Under the pieces are notes generated by a model. That model did not search any database, was not told the origin of the DNA, and saw only the letters and a list, made by a program, of their open reading frames with translations. A program made the position numbers and the translations under genes. DNA of 64,000 bases. Origin: Balanoglossus misakiensis (taxonomy: Eukaryota > Animalia > Hemichordata). Below, piece after piece: positions 63,501 through 64,000 of the stretch; the stretch's first letter is position 1, and the number at the start of each line of letters is the position of its first letter. The stretch spans positions 16,747,903 to 16,811,902 of the forward strand of contig CM082577.2 in assembly GCA_040954595.2 (NCBI GenBank), read 5' to 3'.

Positions 63501-64000
63501 TGGACTCTCAAGTGTGCTTTTAAGTTCCCATTTCGGGTGAAACGTTTACCACATATTTTGCACTCATATAGTCTTTCATTGGTATGGACTCTCATGTGTG
63601 CTGTTAAGTTCCCATTTAGGGTGAAACGTTTACCACATATTTTGCACTCATGTAGTCTTTCATTGCTATGGACTCTCATGTGTGCTGTTAAGTTCCCATT
63701 TAGGGTGAAACGTTTACCACATATTTTGCACTCATATAGTCTTTCATTGGTATGGACTCTCAAATGTGCTTTTAAGTTCCCATTTCGGGTGAAACGTTTA
63801 CCACATATTTTGCACTCATATAGTCTTTCATTGGTATGGACTCTCATGTGTGCTGTTAAGTTCCCATTTCTGGTGAATTGTTTACCACATATTTTGCACT
63901 CATATAGTCTTTCGTGGGTATGGACTCTCAAGTGTGCTGTTAAGTTCCCATTTCGGGTGAAACGTTTACCACATATTTTGCACTCATATAGTCTTTCATT
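57508..64000 (-). pseudogene. Tandem C2H2 zinc-finger array, 84-bp units, over 60 fingers, running off the window
   Basis: Repeating YECKICGKRFT(R/L)NGNL(T/K)AH(M/L)RVHT(N/H)ERL. Stops at 59820, 60492, 61068, 63446, a 1-bp deletion near 62393, and the hAT insertion. Confidence 0.9.
57586..58651. mobile_element. hAT-type non-autonomous DNA transposon inserted in the zinc-finger array
   Basis: 8-bp TSD CATTTAGG (57578-57585, 58652-58659) and ~160-bp TIRs (C)AGGTATGTA..., rich in CTCGGA/TCCGAG subrepeats. Confidence 0.85.

Noticed and set aside
57508-64000. Calling the array PRDM9
   Set aside because: No SET/KRAB/SSXRD in the window, atypical linker, and little diversity at +3/+6.

Overview
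This is AT-rich, intron-containing animal DNA, probably from a marine invertebrate (inference from the element families). It is made almost entirely of nested transposable elements. From left to right: (1) a decayed, 5'-truncated Ty3/Gypsy element (~1190-8287) carrying a CTCF-motif-rich MITE; (2) a Sola1/DUF7869-like transposase relic; (3) a minus-strand CR1/L2-type LINE (~10830-32790) split by two full-length Gypsy elements, one apparently intact (12655-20419, LTRs identical by eye) and one unusual 11.3-kb element (21304-32563); (4) helicase, Crypton-like and MULE-like relics and tandem repeats; (5) a second LINE; (6) a spliced Kolobok transposase/KolX pair, several MITEs, and Harbinger Myb/SANT and THAP relics; (7) a >5.3-kb minisatellite-like C2H2 zinc-finger array. 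The most interesting object is the 21304-32563 Gypsy element. Its Gag starts with a helix-hairpin-helix domain and its integrase ends in a PHD finger with an H3K4me3-type aromatic cage. In the env position it has an intact 791-aa ORF with a complete TatD-type nuclease domain, flanked by splice signals that would give an env-like subgenomic mRNA. All family calls come from motif recognition by eye, not database searches.
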